Below are positions 46,258 to 56,845 of a stretch of DNA of 64,000 bases, one piece after another. A program made the position numbers and the translations under genes. Within the stretch, counting starts at the first letter, position 1; each line of letters starts with the position of its first letter. Source of the DNA: Fibrobacterales bacterium (GTDB taxonomy: Bacteria; Fibrobacterota; Fibrobacteria; Fibrobacterales; JAOPTW01); the NCBI GenBank assembly GCA_051532055.1, contig JAOPTX010000007.1, positions 128,001-192,000 on the forward strand. Reading direction: 5' to 3'. The notes under the pieces are model-generated. The model was not told where the DNA came from. It saw only the letters and a program-made list of their open reading frames with translations, and did no database searches.

Positions 46258-48081
46258 CTAGAGCGGCAACTCTTTCATAAGCTGATCAACATTGTTTGTA
46301 ACTCTCAAATCTTCAATGAGAGGTGGTGCATGGTGAGGCTTTACTCGTGCATCAATAATCAACGACCCTTTGCATCCCCAATGTTTATTCTCTACAAAGC
46401 TCTTTACCCCATGAATATCATGAGATGGATTTGAGCGCGTAAAAGTGACCCACAAGAAGTTCTCAATACTTTTTGCAATAAAGTGTGCGTCATCAACAAC
46501 AACAATCAATGGAATCCCCTCTAAATTTTCTTCTCGGGTAAGCACCTCAGTGAGTTGATGTATATCACGGAACGAATTGTCAGAGTCTTTAAACTCCGGC
46601 CCTTCAATTGCCATAACCCCCGAAAAAATCATCTCAGGATTTTTAAAACCAAAAGGAAGCGTCATCCCTTCTGGTATATGGCTCCAAAGTGATCGAATAG
46701 GAGTTCCCGCAGCGGCCACAACAACTTTTGACCCTTTATTTAAGCCAGAGCCCGTATAATCGAGGGTGTCAATAGTTGTCTCCGTCTGAAAATGAAGGTC
46801 ACGGCGCCAATCAACCCGCGCAAGAAGATGCTTAAAAAAGAGCCCCACTGAATGTGTTGACAGAGATGGGTCATCTTCTTCTGCTATGATAAAAAGATAT
46901 TTTGCGAGGGAGAGTTGGCCAGTCCCCAAGATAAGGTTTGATAACGTAAGAAGCTCTTGAGGACGCTTCTGCTCCATATAAGGCACATACCGCTCCGTAC
47001 CAATTGCCAACAACAAGGGATGAACTCCTGCCTCATCAACAGCATGCACCTCTTTTACTCCCGGAATTTCTGCGGGGATTGCACTTTGAGTTAACTTATG
47101 GATAAAAGCACCAAATTGAGTGTCTTCCTGGGGAGGTCGACCCACCACGGTAAATGGCCACACTGCATTTTTTCTATGGTATACTGCTTCAACCTTCATT
47201 ACAGGCATTTCATGCACTAAACTATAGTACCCAAGGTGATCACCAAAAGGACCCTCAGGCTTTACAGCACCATGAGGAATAGTACCCACAATACAGAAAT
47301 CGGCATCTGCTGAAATGGTATGACCATTTTTGATGGTATACCGAAAACGCCTACCCGCGAGAAGACCACCAAATGTTACTTCTGGCACACCTTCAGGAAG
47401 CGGCATAACTGCAGCAACAGTATGTGCAGGGGGGCCACCAACAAAAATACTTACCTTAAGGTCTTCACCTTTTTTAATTGCCGCTTTGTGGTGTACTGCT
47501 ATCCCACGATGCAGCTGGTAGTGCAATCCAATTTCTTTGTTTTCATCATACTCACCCCCATCAAGCTGTACTCGATACATACCCAAATTTGAGTTCATCG
47601 GCCCTGGTTGATCGGGATCTTCACTATAAACGAGTGGTAACGTTATATAACGCCCACCATCTTCAGGCCATGAAACAAGTCCGGGAAGCTCAGAAATATC
47701 AGTAGTACCCCACAATACTGGCGCCTGAGAGTGAGAAACTTTTTTGGGAAGTGCATGCAATCCGTGCCGAGCGAGGAGTAAGCTTTTAAAGGGATGTGAC
47801 AATGCTGCAGATGGGTTTACCTTAAGGTCAATCATCTCCTTAGTTCTCTGCTCAGTTTCACGAAAAATATAACCGACCCGTTCCTCAGTCCCATACAGAT
47901 TTGAAACAGCCTGAAAAGGTGAACCTTTCACTTTTTCAAAAAGAATTGCTGGGCCACCATTGGCATAGACCCGTCGTTGAATCGCTGCCATTTCTAAATG
48001 AGGGTCAACCTCATGAGATATACGGAGCAATTCACCCCGTTTTTCGAGGTCTTTAATAACATCAGCAGTTTTAAGATACAT
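46258..48081 (-). CDS. UbiD-family (prFMN-dependent) decarboxylase
   Basis: DPHLEMAAI, NLYGT..R, WPEDGG.YITLP, NLGMYR.Q, EGPFGDHLGYYS, TVVGRPPQED, TIDTLDY. Start set to MYLKT at 48081. Confidence 0.92.
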   Translation of the reverse strand: MYLKTADVIKDLEKRGELLRISHEVDPHLEMAAIQRRVYANGGPAILFEKVKGSPFQAVSNLYGTEERVGYIFRETEQRTKEMIDLKVNPSAALSHPFKSLLLARHGLHALPKKVSHSQAPVLWGTTDISELPGLVSWPEDGGRYITLPLVYSEDPDQPGPMNSNLGMYRVQLDGGEYDENKEIGLHYQLHRGIAVHHKAAIKKGEDLKVSIFVGGPPAHTVAAVMPLPEGVPEVTFGGLLAGRRFRYTIKNGHTISADADFCIVGTIPHGAVKPEGPFGDHLGYYSLVHEMPVMKVEAVYHRKNAVWPFTVVGRPPQEDTQFGAFIHKLTQSAIPAEIPGVKEVHAVDEAGVHPLLLAIGTERYVPYMEQKRPQELLTLSNLILGTGQLSLAKYLFIIAEEDDPSLSTHSVGLFFKHLLARVDWRRDLHFQTETTIDTLDYTGSGLNKGSKVVVAAAGTPIRSLWSHIPEGMTLPFGFKNPEMIFSGVMAIEGPEFKDSDNSFRDIHQLTEVLTREENLEGIPLIVVVDDAHFIAKSIENFLWVTFTRSNPSHDIHGVKSFVENKHWGCKGSLIIDARVKPHHAPPLIEDLRVTNNVDQLMKELPL

Positions 48082-48221
48082 AGCCAGCTCACAAACATTG
48101 TTTCTATGCAAATTTATGTAATATGTTTCATTTATTTAATCAAATGAGTGAAAATCATCCAAAACTTTGGTAGAATATACAATCATTGTAAGTAGACACA
48201 GAAGTATCTCACGAGAGTTAG

Positions 48222-49577
48222 ATGAACGGAACAGACCCGGTACGTATTTTAGTTGTTGATGACAACACCGCTATACATGAAGATTTCAGATCAATCCTTT
48301 CTGATAGTGAAAATGATAGCACTGCTCAAAACTTAAAAAAATATGAAGATGCACTCTTTGCGAAACCAGCTGAAAAGCCCGTCATACAAACCACCTACAC
48401 CAACTACCGTATTGATCACGCCTACAATGCACAAGAGGCAATTAATATGGTTCATGTGTCTGAAAAAGAATCTGACCCTTACGCCCTTATTTTTATGGAT
48501 GTACGCATGCCCCCAGGCATGGATGGAATACAGGCGATTCAAAATATTTGGGATGACTATCCAGAGATAGAAATGGTGATATGCACTGCTCACTCTGATT
48601 ATAACTGGGATCAAATTATTGAAAAGCTTGGTTTAACCGACCATCTACTCATTTTAAAAAAACCATTTGATAGTGTTGCAGTCAAACAGTTTGCTCTCAC
48701 ACAATCCACCAAATGGAAGCTTCAAAAAAGCAACAAACTGTATACTGCCTCTCTTGAAGAAAAAGTTGTAGAGCGAACCTCTGAACTACAATTCTCCCTC
48801 GACCAACTTAAAAGCGCTCAAACCCAACTCATTCAGTCAGAAAAAATGGCATCCCTAGGAGAACTTGTTGCTGGGGTCGCCCACGAAATCAACACCCCTA
48901 TAGGTGTCGGCATTACCGCGGCATCATTCATTGATGATAACACTCATGAGCTTAAAAAACGGTACGAAGACAAAAAAATATCCAATCAGTTTATGCAAGA
49001 GTACATCAACACTGTTACCACGAGTAGTAAAATGCTCATGACAAACCTCAATCGTGCTGCAGAACTTATTGCCGGCTTTAAACAGGTTGCCGTAGATCAA
49101 ACTACTGACCTAAAACGCACTTTTAAAATTTCAGAACTCATTCACAATGTAACCTTTAGCCTAAATCCAAGACTTAAACAGGCAGGAGTTACCATAAATA
49201 TTAATTGTGACGAAGACCTTTCGTTCAATAGCTACCCTGGTTCATTTTCACAAGTGATGACCAATATGATCATGAACTCTATTATCCATGGTTTCGAAGA
49301 ACAACTCAATGGCGTTATCGATGTCACTGTAACCACAGATACCCAACTCGTAACCATTCTATATCAAGATAACGGTAGAGGAATTGGCCCTGATCAAATT
49401 AAAAAAGTATTTGATCCTTTTTATACTACTAAAAGAGGGCAAGGGGGTACTGGTCTTGGCATGCACATTATTTACAATATTATTTCTCAAAACTTTAAAG
49501 GAAACATTGTCTGTGAAAGTGAGCAAAGCTCTTACACTCGCTTTACGATAACCATCCCTTTTAGTCAACTCCAATAA
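48222..49577 (+). CDS. Cytoplasmic hybrid receiver-histidine kinase (NtrB-like kinase)
   Basis: VVDDN...FMDVRMPPGMDG...KKPF receiver; GVAHEINTP H-box; DNGRG, FDPFYTTK, GGTGLG. Confidence 0.93.
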   Translation: MNGTDPVRILVVDDNTAIHEDFRSILSDSENDSTAQNLKKYEDALFAKPAEKPVIQTTYTNYRIDHAYNAQEAINMVHVSEKESDPYALIFMDVRMPPGMDGIQAIQNIWDDYPEIEMVICTAHSDYNWDQIIEKLGLTDHLLILKKPFDSVAVKQFALTQSTKWKLQKSNKLYTASLEEKVVERTSELQFSLDQLKSAQTQLIQSEKMASLGELVAGVAHEINTPIGVGITAASFIDDNTHELKKRYEDKKISNQFMQEYINTVTTSSKMLMTNLNRAAELIAGFKQVAVDQTTDLKRTFKISELIHNVTFSLNPRLKQAGVTININCDEDLSFNSYPGSFSQVMTNMIMNSIIHGFEEQLNGVIDVTVTTDTQLVTILYQDNGRGIGPDQIKKVFDPFYTTKRGQGGTGLGMHIIYNIISQNFKGNIVCESEQSSYTRFTITIPFSQLQ

Positions 49578-49584
49578 GGCGCCT

Positions 49585-51735
49585 ATGAGTACTCAAAAAC
49601 GAATTTTAATTGTTGATGACACTCAATCTATACATGACGATTTTCGCCATACTCTCACTCGGCTCACTCATCACACTTCAGCGGCATTAGAGCTTGAAAA
49701 AGAACTCTTTGACGAACCAAGCCTTGATGAACAATTTCAAGACTTTAACTACACTATCGAAAGCGCCTATCAAGGACTAGAAGCCATTACCATGGTACAC
49801 GAAGCTGAAAAGGAGGGCAACCCTTACTGCTTGATCTTTATGGATGTACGCATGCCCCCAGGAATAGATGGTATCGAAACCATATACCGCATTTGGGAAG
49901 AGTTTCCTCATATCGAAATGGCTATTTGCTCAGCCTATTCAGACTATTCATGGACTGCAATTAAAGAACGACTGCAACAGACAGACAAACTTGTTTTCCT
50001 AAAAAAGCCATTTACCAAAGATACGATAATTCAGACGACCTATCTTTTGGCTAAAAAATGGGATACCCAGCATTCAAGTCACGATCAGATTGCCTTACTC
50101 CAGCAAGAAGTACTTGAACGAAAAAAACAGATCGCATCTATAAAAATTGAACTTGATACCATTACTCAGCATTATAAAACAACCACCTTTTTGAAAAACA
50201 ACTATATGGCTTCTGTAAGCCAGGAAATCATATCACCCCTGAATGGCATTCTAGCAGTAACCGACCTCTTACTCGATACCTCACTCGATGAAGAACAAAA
50301 GGGACTTGCCCAAAGCATTCAAAACTCGAGTCACTCGGCATATGAAAAAGTATCTAACTTACTTGAATACCAACTCCTTGACACGTCTCACAACACGAGT
50401 GAACCTGTTGAATTTAATATCCGAGCCCTGATTGAAAACATACTTGAGCTTGTGCAAGTAACCTCAGAAGACAAACAGATTACACTCACATCGTCTCTTC
50501 ATTCATCAATACCAAGAAATTGCAAAGGGGAACCGGTAAAAATCAAGCAAATGCTTATCCAGCTGTTACTGAATGCTATTGAAAGGACTGAACAAGGTCG
50601 CATTGATATCACCATTAATAGAAACTTCACACAAGACAGCATAACAACTACGCACCTTCTTTTTACAGTGAGCGATACCGGAACAGTCCCCAGCAATGAA
50701 GAGCGCGCCCAATTTGAGAGCAATGATATACCAGAAATAGGAGCGCATGGATATCGCATCTACCTCTTTAAGAAGATACTTAAAACCATTGAAGGCAATA
50801 CTCCTCCAAAACAGCAGCTCGAATCGGGAACCGCATACTCCTTCTCAATACCTATTACGCTATTAGATAATGAAAACCTTATTGCGCACTCAACTTCGAC
50901 TCAGGATACCATTCAAAATTTATCATGCTTGATTATTGGCGATAACTCAACCAACAGAAAAATCCTTTCGCTTCATCTGAAACACTGGGGCGCAAAGAGT
51001 ACTGAAGTCTCTTCTATAGAGGCTGGTCTTGAGAAAATAGCCGTACTGAGAAACAGTAGTGAAGGGTATTCCATGATTTTACTCGACTTTAAAGATCCGA
51101 GTACCGCACCCTATTTAGACTTTGCCCAACTATTACAACAACTCAACAGCCCCACTAACCCTTATAAACTCATCGCCATAATTCCTCAGGGACATAAAGG
51201 GGATCTCATCAAATTTAGAGAGGCTGGATACAGCGCATACCTCTCAAAGCCAATTAAGCAAAAACAACTTTTTAACTGCCTGATGCTCTTAAAGCTCAGC
51301 ATGTTCAATCAACTTAAATTACCCAATATTATCACTAAATATATCCTTGATGAGTATTCAATGGAGCGCTTTTCTATGCTCATTGTCGAAAGTGACATCG
51401 TTTCACAGCGTCTTCTCCTCTATATTTTTGCTGAAATGAGGATCATTTGCGATATTGCTACTACTTCTGAAGAAGCTATTGAAGCTTTACAGAAAAAACA
51501 GTATGATCTAGTGGCTTGTACTAATATTTCACCTTCAATTAGTGGGGTTAAAATATTTGAACAAACGATTCAGAGCAGGAAAAACAACCAGTGTCGATTC
51601 ATTGGTATAACATCACATGCAGAGAAACTGTGGGGAATATTTACAGAAGGAACCAAAGTGGAAGGTATTATCCAAAAACCATTTGATAAGGCAACTATTA
51701 CTTCAATGATGAAAAAGATAATGTCTCGGGAATAA
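49585..51735 (+). CDS. Receiver - degenerate histidine kinase - two further receiver(-like) domains (probable pseudokinase)
   Basis: Intact first receiver; H-box reads SVSQEIISPLNGI (no His); G2 box lost; last receiver lacks the phospho-Asp. Confidence 0.85.
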   Translation: MSTQKRILIVDDTQSIHDDFRHTLTRLTHHTSAALELEKELFDEPSLDEQFQDFNYTIESAYQGLEAITMVHEAEKEGNPYCLIFMDVRMPPGIDGIETIYRIWEEFPHIEMAICSAYSDYSWTAIKERLQQTDKLVFLKKPFTKDTIIQTTYLLAKKWDTQHSSHDQIALLQQEVLERKKQIASIKIELDTITQHYKTTTFLKNNYMASVSQEIISPLNGILAVTDLLLDTSLDEEQKGLAQSIQNSSHSAYEKVSNLLEYQLLDTSHNTSEPVEFNIRALIENILELVQVTSEDKQITLTSSLHSSIPRNCKGEPVKIKQMLIQLLLNAIERTEQGRIDITINRNFTQDSITTTHLLFTVSDTGTVPSNEERAQFESNDIPEIGAHGYRIYLFKKILKTIEGNTPPKQQLESGTAYSFSIPITLLDNENLIAHSTSTQDTIQNLSCLIIGDNSTNRKILSLHLKHWGAKSTEVSSIEAGLEKIAVLRNSSEGYSMILLDFKDPSTAPYLDFAQLLQQLNSPTNPYKLIAIIPQGHKGDLIKFREAGYSAYLSKPIKQKQLFNCLMLLKLSMFNQLKLPNIITKYILDEYSMERFSMLIVESDIVSQRLLLYIFAEMRIICDIATTSEEAIEALQKKQYDLVACTNISPSISGVKIFEQTIQSRKNNQCRFIGITSHAEKLWGIFTEGTKVEGIIQKPFDKATITSMMKKIMSRE

Positions 51736-51755
51736 ATAGGTACTATTATAACAAT

Positions 51756-53066
51756 ATGGAACGATTAACCAGTCGAATACTTGTAGTTGATGATAACGCC
51801 TCAATACATGATGATTTTAAAAACATCATTACTGAGACGAATAAGTCAAAAAATAAAAAAACCGCCCAGCTAGAAGGCGAGCTTTTTGGCATTGCATCAA
51901 CGACAAATGAAATTGTTGATACCTATGAGTACCAGATCGATGATGCCTATCAAGGTGAAGAAGCGGTTCAAATGGTTGATACTGCCGAAAAAGAGGGTAG
52001 ACCTTACTCTCTGATCTTCATGGATGTTCGAATGCCCCCAGGAATAGACGGCATCAAAGCAATACAATTAATATGGGACCAATACCCCCATATTGAAATG
52101 GTTATCTGTACCGCACACTCAGATTATAAGTGGAATCAAATAGTCGACATGTTTGGGCAAACTGACAAACTTATCTTTATGAAAAAGCCGTTTGATAGTG
52201 TTTCAGTAAAACAAATGGCTATGACCCTCTGTACTAAATGGCAACTTGCACGTACCAATGCAGAGCATGTACACAATCTCGAGGAAGCCCTTTTAGAACG
52301 TAAAAAAGCTGCACAAGAACTCAAGCTCGCCAAAGAGCGTGCTGAATCAGCCAATATTGCCAAATCAGAATTCCTTGCCAACATGAGTCATGAACTCAGA
52401 ACCCCAATGCATGGGATCCTGAGTTATTCACAATTTGGCATCAAAAAATATAATAATGAAAACAAAGAAAAAGTTCTCGACTATTTTAAAAACATCAATA
52501 GCTGTGGTAAACGGCTTATGGACCTTCTCAATGACCTTCTAGACCTCTCAAAACTTGAGGCTGGAAAAATGGACTACAATTTTGAGCAGAGTGATCTCCT
52601 CTATGAACTCCGTTTAGTCCTCTCTGAATTCCATGCTCTGATTCAAGAGAAAGGAGTGTTAATCGATGTTATTGACCCCCTCTGTTCTGTATCAGTACCG
52701 ATTGATAAAATGAAAATTAATCAGGTATTTCGAAATCTCATTTCTAATGCCATCAAATACTCATCCGAGGGGAAGACTATTCAAATAACCTTCAACGAAT
52801 CGAGCAATGACAACAAAGAACTACTCAACTGTTCCATTATCGACGAAGGGGTTGGGATTCCCAATAATGAATTAGAACGAGTCTTTGACAAATTTATACA
52901 ATCGAGCACCACAAAAGATGGCTCAGGTGGCACCGGACTTGGACTTGCCATTTGTCGTGAAATCATTTCCGCTCACCAAGGAACTATCTGGGCAGAACAC
53001 AATCCTTTAGGCCAAGGCTCACAATTTATTTTTACCGTCCCAAAAGAACAAAAGCCATCCGAATAA
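51756..53066 (+). CDS. Cytoplasmic hybrid receiver-histidine kinase
   Basis: Receiver FMDVRMPPGIDG; ANMSHELRTP; NLISNAIKY, DEGVGI, GGTGLGL. Confidence 0.95.
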   Translation: MERLTSRILVVDDNASIHDDFKNIITETNKSKNKKTAQLEGELFGIASTTNEIVDTYEYQIDDAYQGEEAVQMVDTAEKEGRPYSLIFMDVRMPPGIDGIKAIQLIWDQYPHIEMVICTAHSDYKWNQIVDMFGQTDKLIFMKKPFDSVSVKQMAMTLCTKWQLARTNAEHVHNLEEALLERKKAAQELKLAKERAESANIAKSEFLANMSHELRTPMHGILSYSQFGIKKYNNENKEKVLDYFKNINSCGKRLMDLLNDLLDLSKLEAGKMDYNFEQSDLLYELRLVLSEFHALIQEKGVLIDVIDPLCSVSVPIDKMKINQVFRNLISNAIKYSSEGKTIQITFNESSNDNKELLNCSIIDEGVGIPNNELERVFDKFIQSSTTKDGSGGTGLGLAICREIISAHQGTIWAEHNPLGQGSQFIFTVPKEQKPSE

Positions 53067-53135
53067 TATCAATTCTCTATTGCCCCCACCCCAGAACTAT
53101 GATATACTCAAGCATACTTCCCACCTGAGAATGGT

Positions 53136-54413
53136 ATGAGAAAAACACGCATCCTCTATGTTGATGACGAGCAACAGAATTGCATTGTTTTTAAAGCAAC
53201 GTTTAAAAATAAATACATAATAACCACCTGTACCTCTGCAAAAGAGGCGTTAGAGCTTATTAAAACTGAAACCTATCCTCTTATTATTTCAGACTATAAA
53301 ATGCCCGACATTAACGGTGTCGATTTCTTTCAACAATCACTCAATTACTCCCCCACCTCAATTCGCGTATTAGTAACAGCCTACAGTGATATTGATACTA
53401 TTGTCAGTGCAGTCAACAGAGGTTATATCTATCAGTTTATTTCTAAACCCTGGAACGACCAGGAACTGGGTGTCGTTATTGAAAATGGACTTAACAAGTA
53501 CTACTTGGAACAAGAAAACAAAGAACTCTTTAATCAAATTTCTCTTTATTCTAAAGACCTTGAATCACTACTAAAAAATAAAATACGGGATCTTAAAGAA
53601 AGTAATACTCTTCTCAACAAAGAAGTCACCGCCCACAAGGAGACCATCGACAAACTCGAAGGCGCGATTGAAAAGTCAGAAGAGGCCAATGAGGTGAAAA
53701 GCTCTTTTTTAGCAAATATGAGTCACGAACTGCGCACCCCAATGCATGGAATCCTCAGCTTCGCACAGTTGGGTATCTCTAAAGCAGAAACGGCACCTAT
53801 TTCAAAGCTGGTAGCCTACTTCCAGCATATTAATGATAGTGGGCAACGCCTACTCACTCTATTAAACAATATTCTCGACTTGGCAAAACTCGAATCTAAA
53901 TCCATTGATTATTATTTTACAGAAAACAATGTACTTCGAGAAGTCGACGCGTCTATACATGAGTTTATGGTACTACTCGATTCAAATAACATTGAGATCA
54001 AGCTTATGGACAATCTTGATGACTCCCGTTTTACTTTTGATCAAATCCGTGTGGGACAAGTACTGAGAAATCTTATTCTCAATGCAATAAAATTTTCACC
54101 AGCCAATAGCACTATTACACTATCACTTAACGAAACGACCACTACAGTAGATTCTCACCCAATCCCCGCAGTACAATGCACACTTCTCGATCAAGGTGTC
54201 GGCATACCTGATGGAGAACTCGAGAATGTATTTGATAAATTTATTCAAAGCAGTAAAACAAACAATGGAGCTGGAGGCACGGGTCTTGGTCTCTCGATTT
54301 GTAAAGAGATAATAGAAGCTCATGGTGGTACTATTTGGGCTCAAAATAGAGACGATCAAGCGGGAGCTGCCTTTACTTTTATTCTCCCACGAAGCCAAGA
54401 GATTAAACCCTAA
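53136..54413 (+). CDS. Cytoplasmic hybrid receiver-histidine kinase
   Basis: YVDDE..IISDYKMP..SKPW receiver; ANMSHELRTP; NAIKF, DQGVGI, GGTGLGL. Confidence 0.95.
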   Translation: MRKTRILYVDDEQQNCIVFKATFKNKYIITTCTSAKEALELIKTETYPLIISDYKMPDINGVDFFQQSLNYSPTSIRVLVTAYSDIDTIVSAVNRGYIYQFISKPWNDQELGVVIENGLNKYYLEQENKELFNQISLYSKDLESLLKNKIRDLKESNTLLNKEVTAHKETIDKLEGAIEKSEEANEVKSSFLANMSHELRTPMHGILSFAQLGISKAETAPISKLVAYFQHINDSGQRLLTLLNNILDLAKLESKSIDYYFTENNVLREVDASIHEFMVLLDSNNIEIKLMDNLDDSRFTFDQIRVGQVLRNLILNAIKFSPANSTITLSLNETTTTVDSHPIPAVQCTLLDQGVGIPDGELENVFDKFIQSSKTNNGAGGTGLGLSICKEIIEAHGGTIWAQNRDDQAGAAFTFILPRSQEIKP

Positions 54414-54496
54414 TCACTCGCCTTCTAAAACGAAATCTATAAATTACCCCATAGTTATTTCTATATTAGATGCCTATTCTACAACCTGGTTTCTCA

Positions 54497-55561
54497 ATGT
54501 CTACCCCATCACTTAGCACTTTTGTGAGTACAATTGCCCCCCTTTCCGAGAAACTGAAAGCTACAGCACAGCATAAAATTAATTTCAAAACCAAGCCACT
54601 CGGTTCCCTTGGTACTCTTGAAGATATCGCTGTACAAATGGCCACTATTCAAAAAACACTTGACCCTACCATTACCCATAAAGCGATGTTTACCTTTGCC
54701 GCTGACCACGGCATTGCAGAGGAAGGCGTTTCGGCATTCCCTCAAGAAGTAACCCAACAAATGGTACTCAATTTTTTGAACAATGGAGCAGCAATTAATG
54801 TACTCTGTAAACACAATGACATCAAACTTTCTGTCATTGACGTAGGGGTTAAAGGGCAAGCAATTTCTCATCCGAATCTTATTTCAAAACCTATTGCTTC
54901 GGGAACAACAAATTTTTCAAAAGAACAAGCCATGAGCAAGGATCAGGCAATTGCAGCACTGACTATTGGCCGCGAACACTTTATTGCTGAACATGCTAAA
55001 AAACCACTCTCCATTATTGGTCTTGGTGAAATGGGCATTGGCAACACCACTACAGCTACTGCAATAATTTCTGCAATCAGCGACAAACCAGTTAAAGAGT
55101 GTACCGGCTCCGGTACAGGAGTCACTGAAGAGACGTTACTTCATAAAATTTCGATAATCGAAAATGCACTCGCCCTCCACAAACCAAATACAAACGACGC
55201 ACTTGACGTTCTTTGTAAAGTAGGTGGTTTTGAAATTGCCGCCATGGCAGGCGCAGCACTTGCCGCAGCAGAACACGGATGTGCGGTAGTACTTGATGGA
55301 CTCATTTCTACTGCTGCAGGCCTTATAGCATTTTCATTTAACCCAATAGTTGCAGAATACTGTATCGCTGGTCATAAGTCTGTCGAAAGAGGGCACATAT
55401 ATGCTCTAGAAACTATGGGTCTCACTCCCATACTTGACCTAAACTTTAGACTTGGTGAAGGGACAGGAGCAGCCCTTGCAATAAATATTGTTGATGCAGC
55501 CTGTGCTATCATGAGAGAAATGGCATCATTTGAATCTGCCGGCGTCTCAAATGTTGAGTAA
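54497..55561 (+). CDS. cobT: Nicotinate-nucleotide-dimethylbenzimidazole phosphoribosyltransferase
   Basis: KTKPLGSLG.LE, FAADHG, GEMGIGNTT, GGFEI, LDG.I, RLGEGTGA. Confidence 0.96.
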   Translation: MSTPSLSTFVSTIAPLSEKLKATAQHKINFKTKPLGSLGTLEDIAVQMATIQKTLDPTITHKAMFTFAADHGIAEEGVSAFPQEVTQQMVLNFLNNGAAINVLCKHNDIKLSVIDVGVKGQAISHPNLISKPIASGTTNFSKEQAMSKDQAIAALTIGREHFIAEHAKKPLSIIGLGEMGIGNTTTATAIISAISDKPVKECTGSGTGVTEETLLHKISIIENALALHKPNTNDALDVLCKVGGFEIAAMAGAALAAAEHGCAVVLDGLISTAAGLIAFSFNPIVAEYCIAGHKSVERGHIYALETMGLTPILDLNFRLGEGTGAALAINIVDAACAIMREMASFESAGVSNVE

Positions 55562-55565
55562 TTCT

Positions 55566-56084
55566 ATGATGACTCATGCAACTGTCCATTTTATCACCGG
55601 TGGGCAGCGCTCAGGTAAAAGTAGCTTTGCTCACGCTCAAGCTGAGACTCTCTCTTCAGCCCCCCACTACCTGGCAACTGCCCGATTATGGGATGACGAT
55701 TTTAAGGATCGCGTTAAAAGACATAAATCAGATAGAGGTTCTCACTGGACAACTATTGAAGAAGAGATCAATCTCGACACTCTTGAACTCACTGGAAAAG
55801 TAGTGGTCGTTGATTGCATCACCCTTTGGTTGACCAATCTATTTCATGATGCATCATACACTGTGGACACTGCACTCACTCAAGGCAAAAACATTTGGGA
55901 CCGACTTCTTCAGCAAAAGTGTACGCTACTCGTAGTCAGCAATGAAATAGGAATGTCTATTCATGCCGAGCATGAAAGTGCCCGGAAATTCACCGACCTT
56001 CAAGGTTGGATGAATCAATACATTGCCCACCGAGCTCAAAAGGTCAGTCTTATTGTTTCGGGAATCGAACTCAAGGTAAAATAA
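55566..56084 (+). CDS. cobU: Adenosylcobinamide kinase/guanylyltransferase
   Basis: ITGGQRSGKS, YLATA, R...H...R...W.T.EE, DCITLWLTN, VSNEIG. Confidence 0.95.
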   Translation: MMTHATVHFITGGQRSGKSSFAHAQAETLSSAPHYLATARLWDDDFKDRVKRHKSDRGSHWTTIEEEINLDTLELTGKVVVVDCITLWLTNLFHDASYTVDTALTQGKNIWDRLLQQKCTLLVVSNEIGMSIHAEHESARKFTDLQGWMNQYIAHRAQKVSLIVSGIELKVK

Positions 56085-56086
56085 CC

Positions 56087-56845
56087 ATGCTTTCAGAGAT
56101 TAAATCACTTCTCCACTGTTTACGCTTTTTCACTCGAATCCCCGTTCCCCAGTGGGTCGGCTATAGTGATGACCACCAATTTAGGTCTACAAAATATTTC
56201 CCTTTCATTGGATATATTGTTGGCGGGACATCTGCTCTCACTTTTTATTTCTGTGCCTCATCTCTCTCTACCATTCTCTCAATTATTATCAGTACCATAG
56301 TTTCAATCATTCTTACGGGTGCCTTTCACGAAGATGGCTTGGCAGACTTCTGTGACGGCTTTGGAGGAGGATACGGTAAAGAAAAAATACTCACTATAAT
56401 GAAAGATAGTCGTATTGGCACCTATGGTTCTGTTGGTCTCATTTCCATTTTAAGTATAAAAGCAAGTACTCTTGTAGAATTTCCTAATCATAAGCTCCCG
56501 GTTATCATTGTCGCCGGACATTGTTTCAGTCGATTTATCCCCCTATTGCTCATGCGTACAACATCATATGTAAGCATACACGGTAAGTCACATCACCTTC
56601 AAAAGAGTATTCCTTCACTCTACCTACTATTTGGATTACTTACTCTTGTACCTCTTCTTTTATGGTTCCCCTGGCAAGTTCTTCTTATCAACCTTGGGGT
56701 GAGCGCAATTACCCTCACCTTATTTCGATATTATATAATAAAACACATTGGTGGCTACACCGGTGATATCCTCGGAACAGTACAACAAGTAAGTGAAGTC
56801 TTCTTCTATTTAGGGGTTCTTACTATGGGGGCACAATTCACATGA
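56087..56845 (+). CDS. cobS: Adenosylcobinamide-GDP ribazoletransferase (cobalamin synthase)
   Basis: FFTRIP, TGAFHEDGLADFCDG, IMKDSRIG.YG, GGYTGDILG. Confidence 0.96.
   Translation: MLSEIKSLLHCLRFFTRIPVPQWVGYSDDHQFRSTKYFPFIGYIVGGTSALTFYFCASSLSTILSIIISTIVSIILTGAFHEDGLADFCDGFGGGYGKEKILTIMKDSRIGTYGSVGLISILSIKASTLVEFPNHKLPVIIVAGHCFSRFIPLLLMRTTSYVSIHGKSHHLQKSIPSLYLLFGLLTLVPLLLWFPWQVLLINLGVSAITLTLFRYYIIKHIGGYTGDILGTVQQVSEVFFYLGVLTMGAQFT

Noticed and set aside
54414..54496. Cobalamin riboswitch upstream of cobT (also checked 58869-58961)
   Set aside because: No GGGAA or GCCACTG B12-box motifs, and the gaps are too short.
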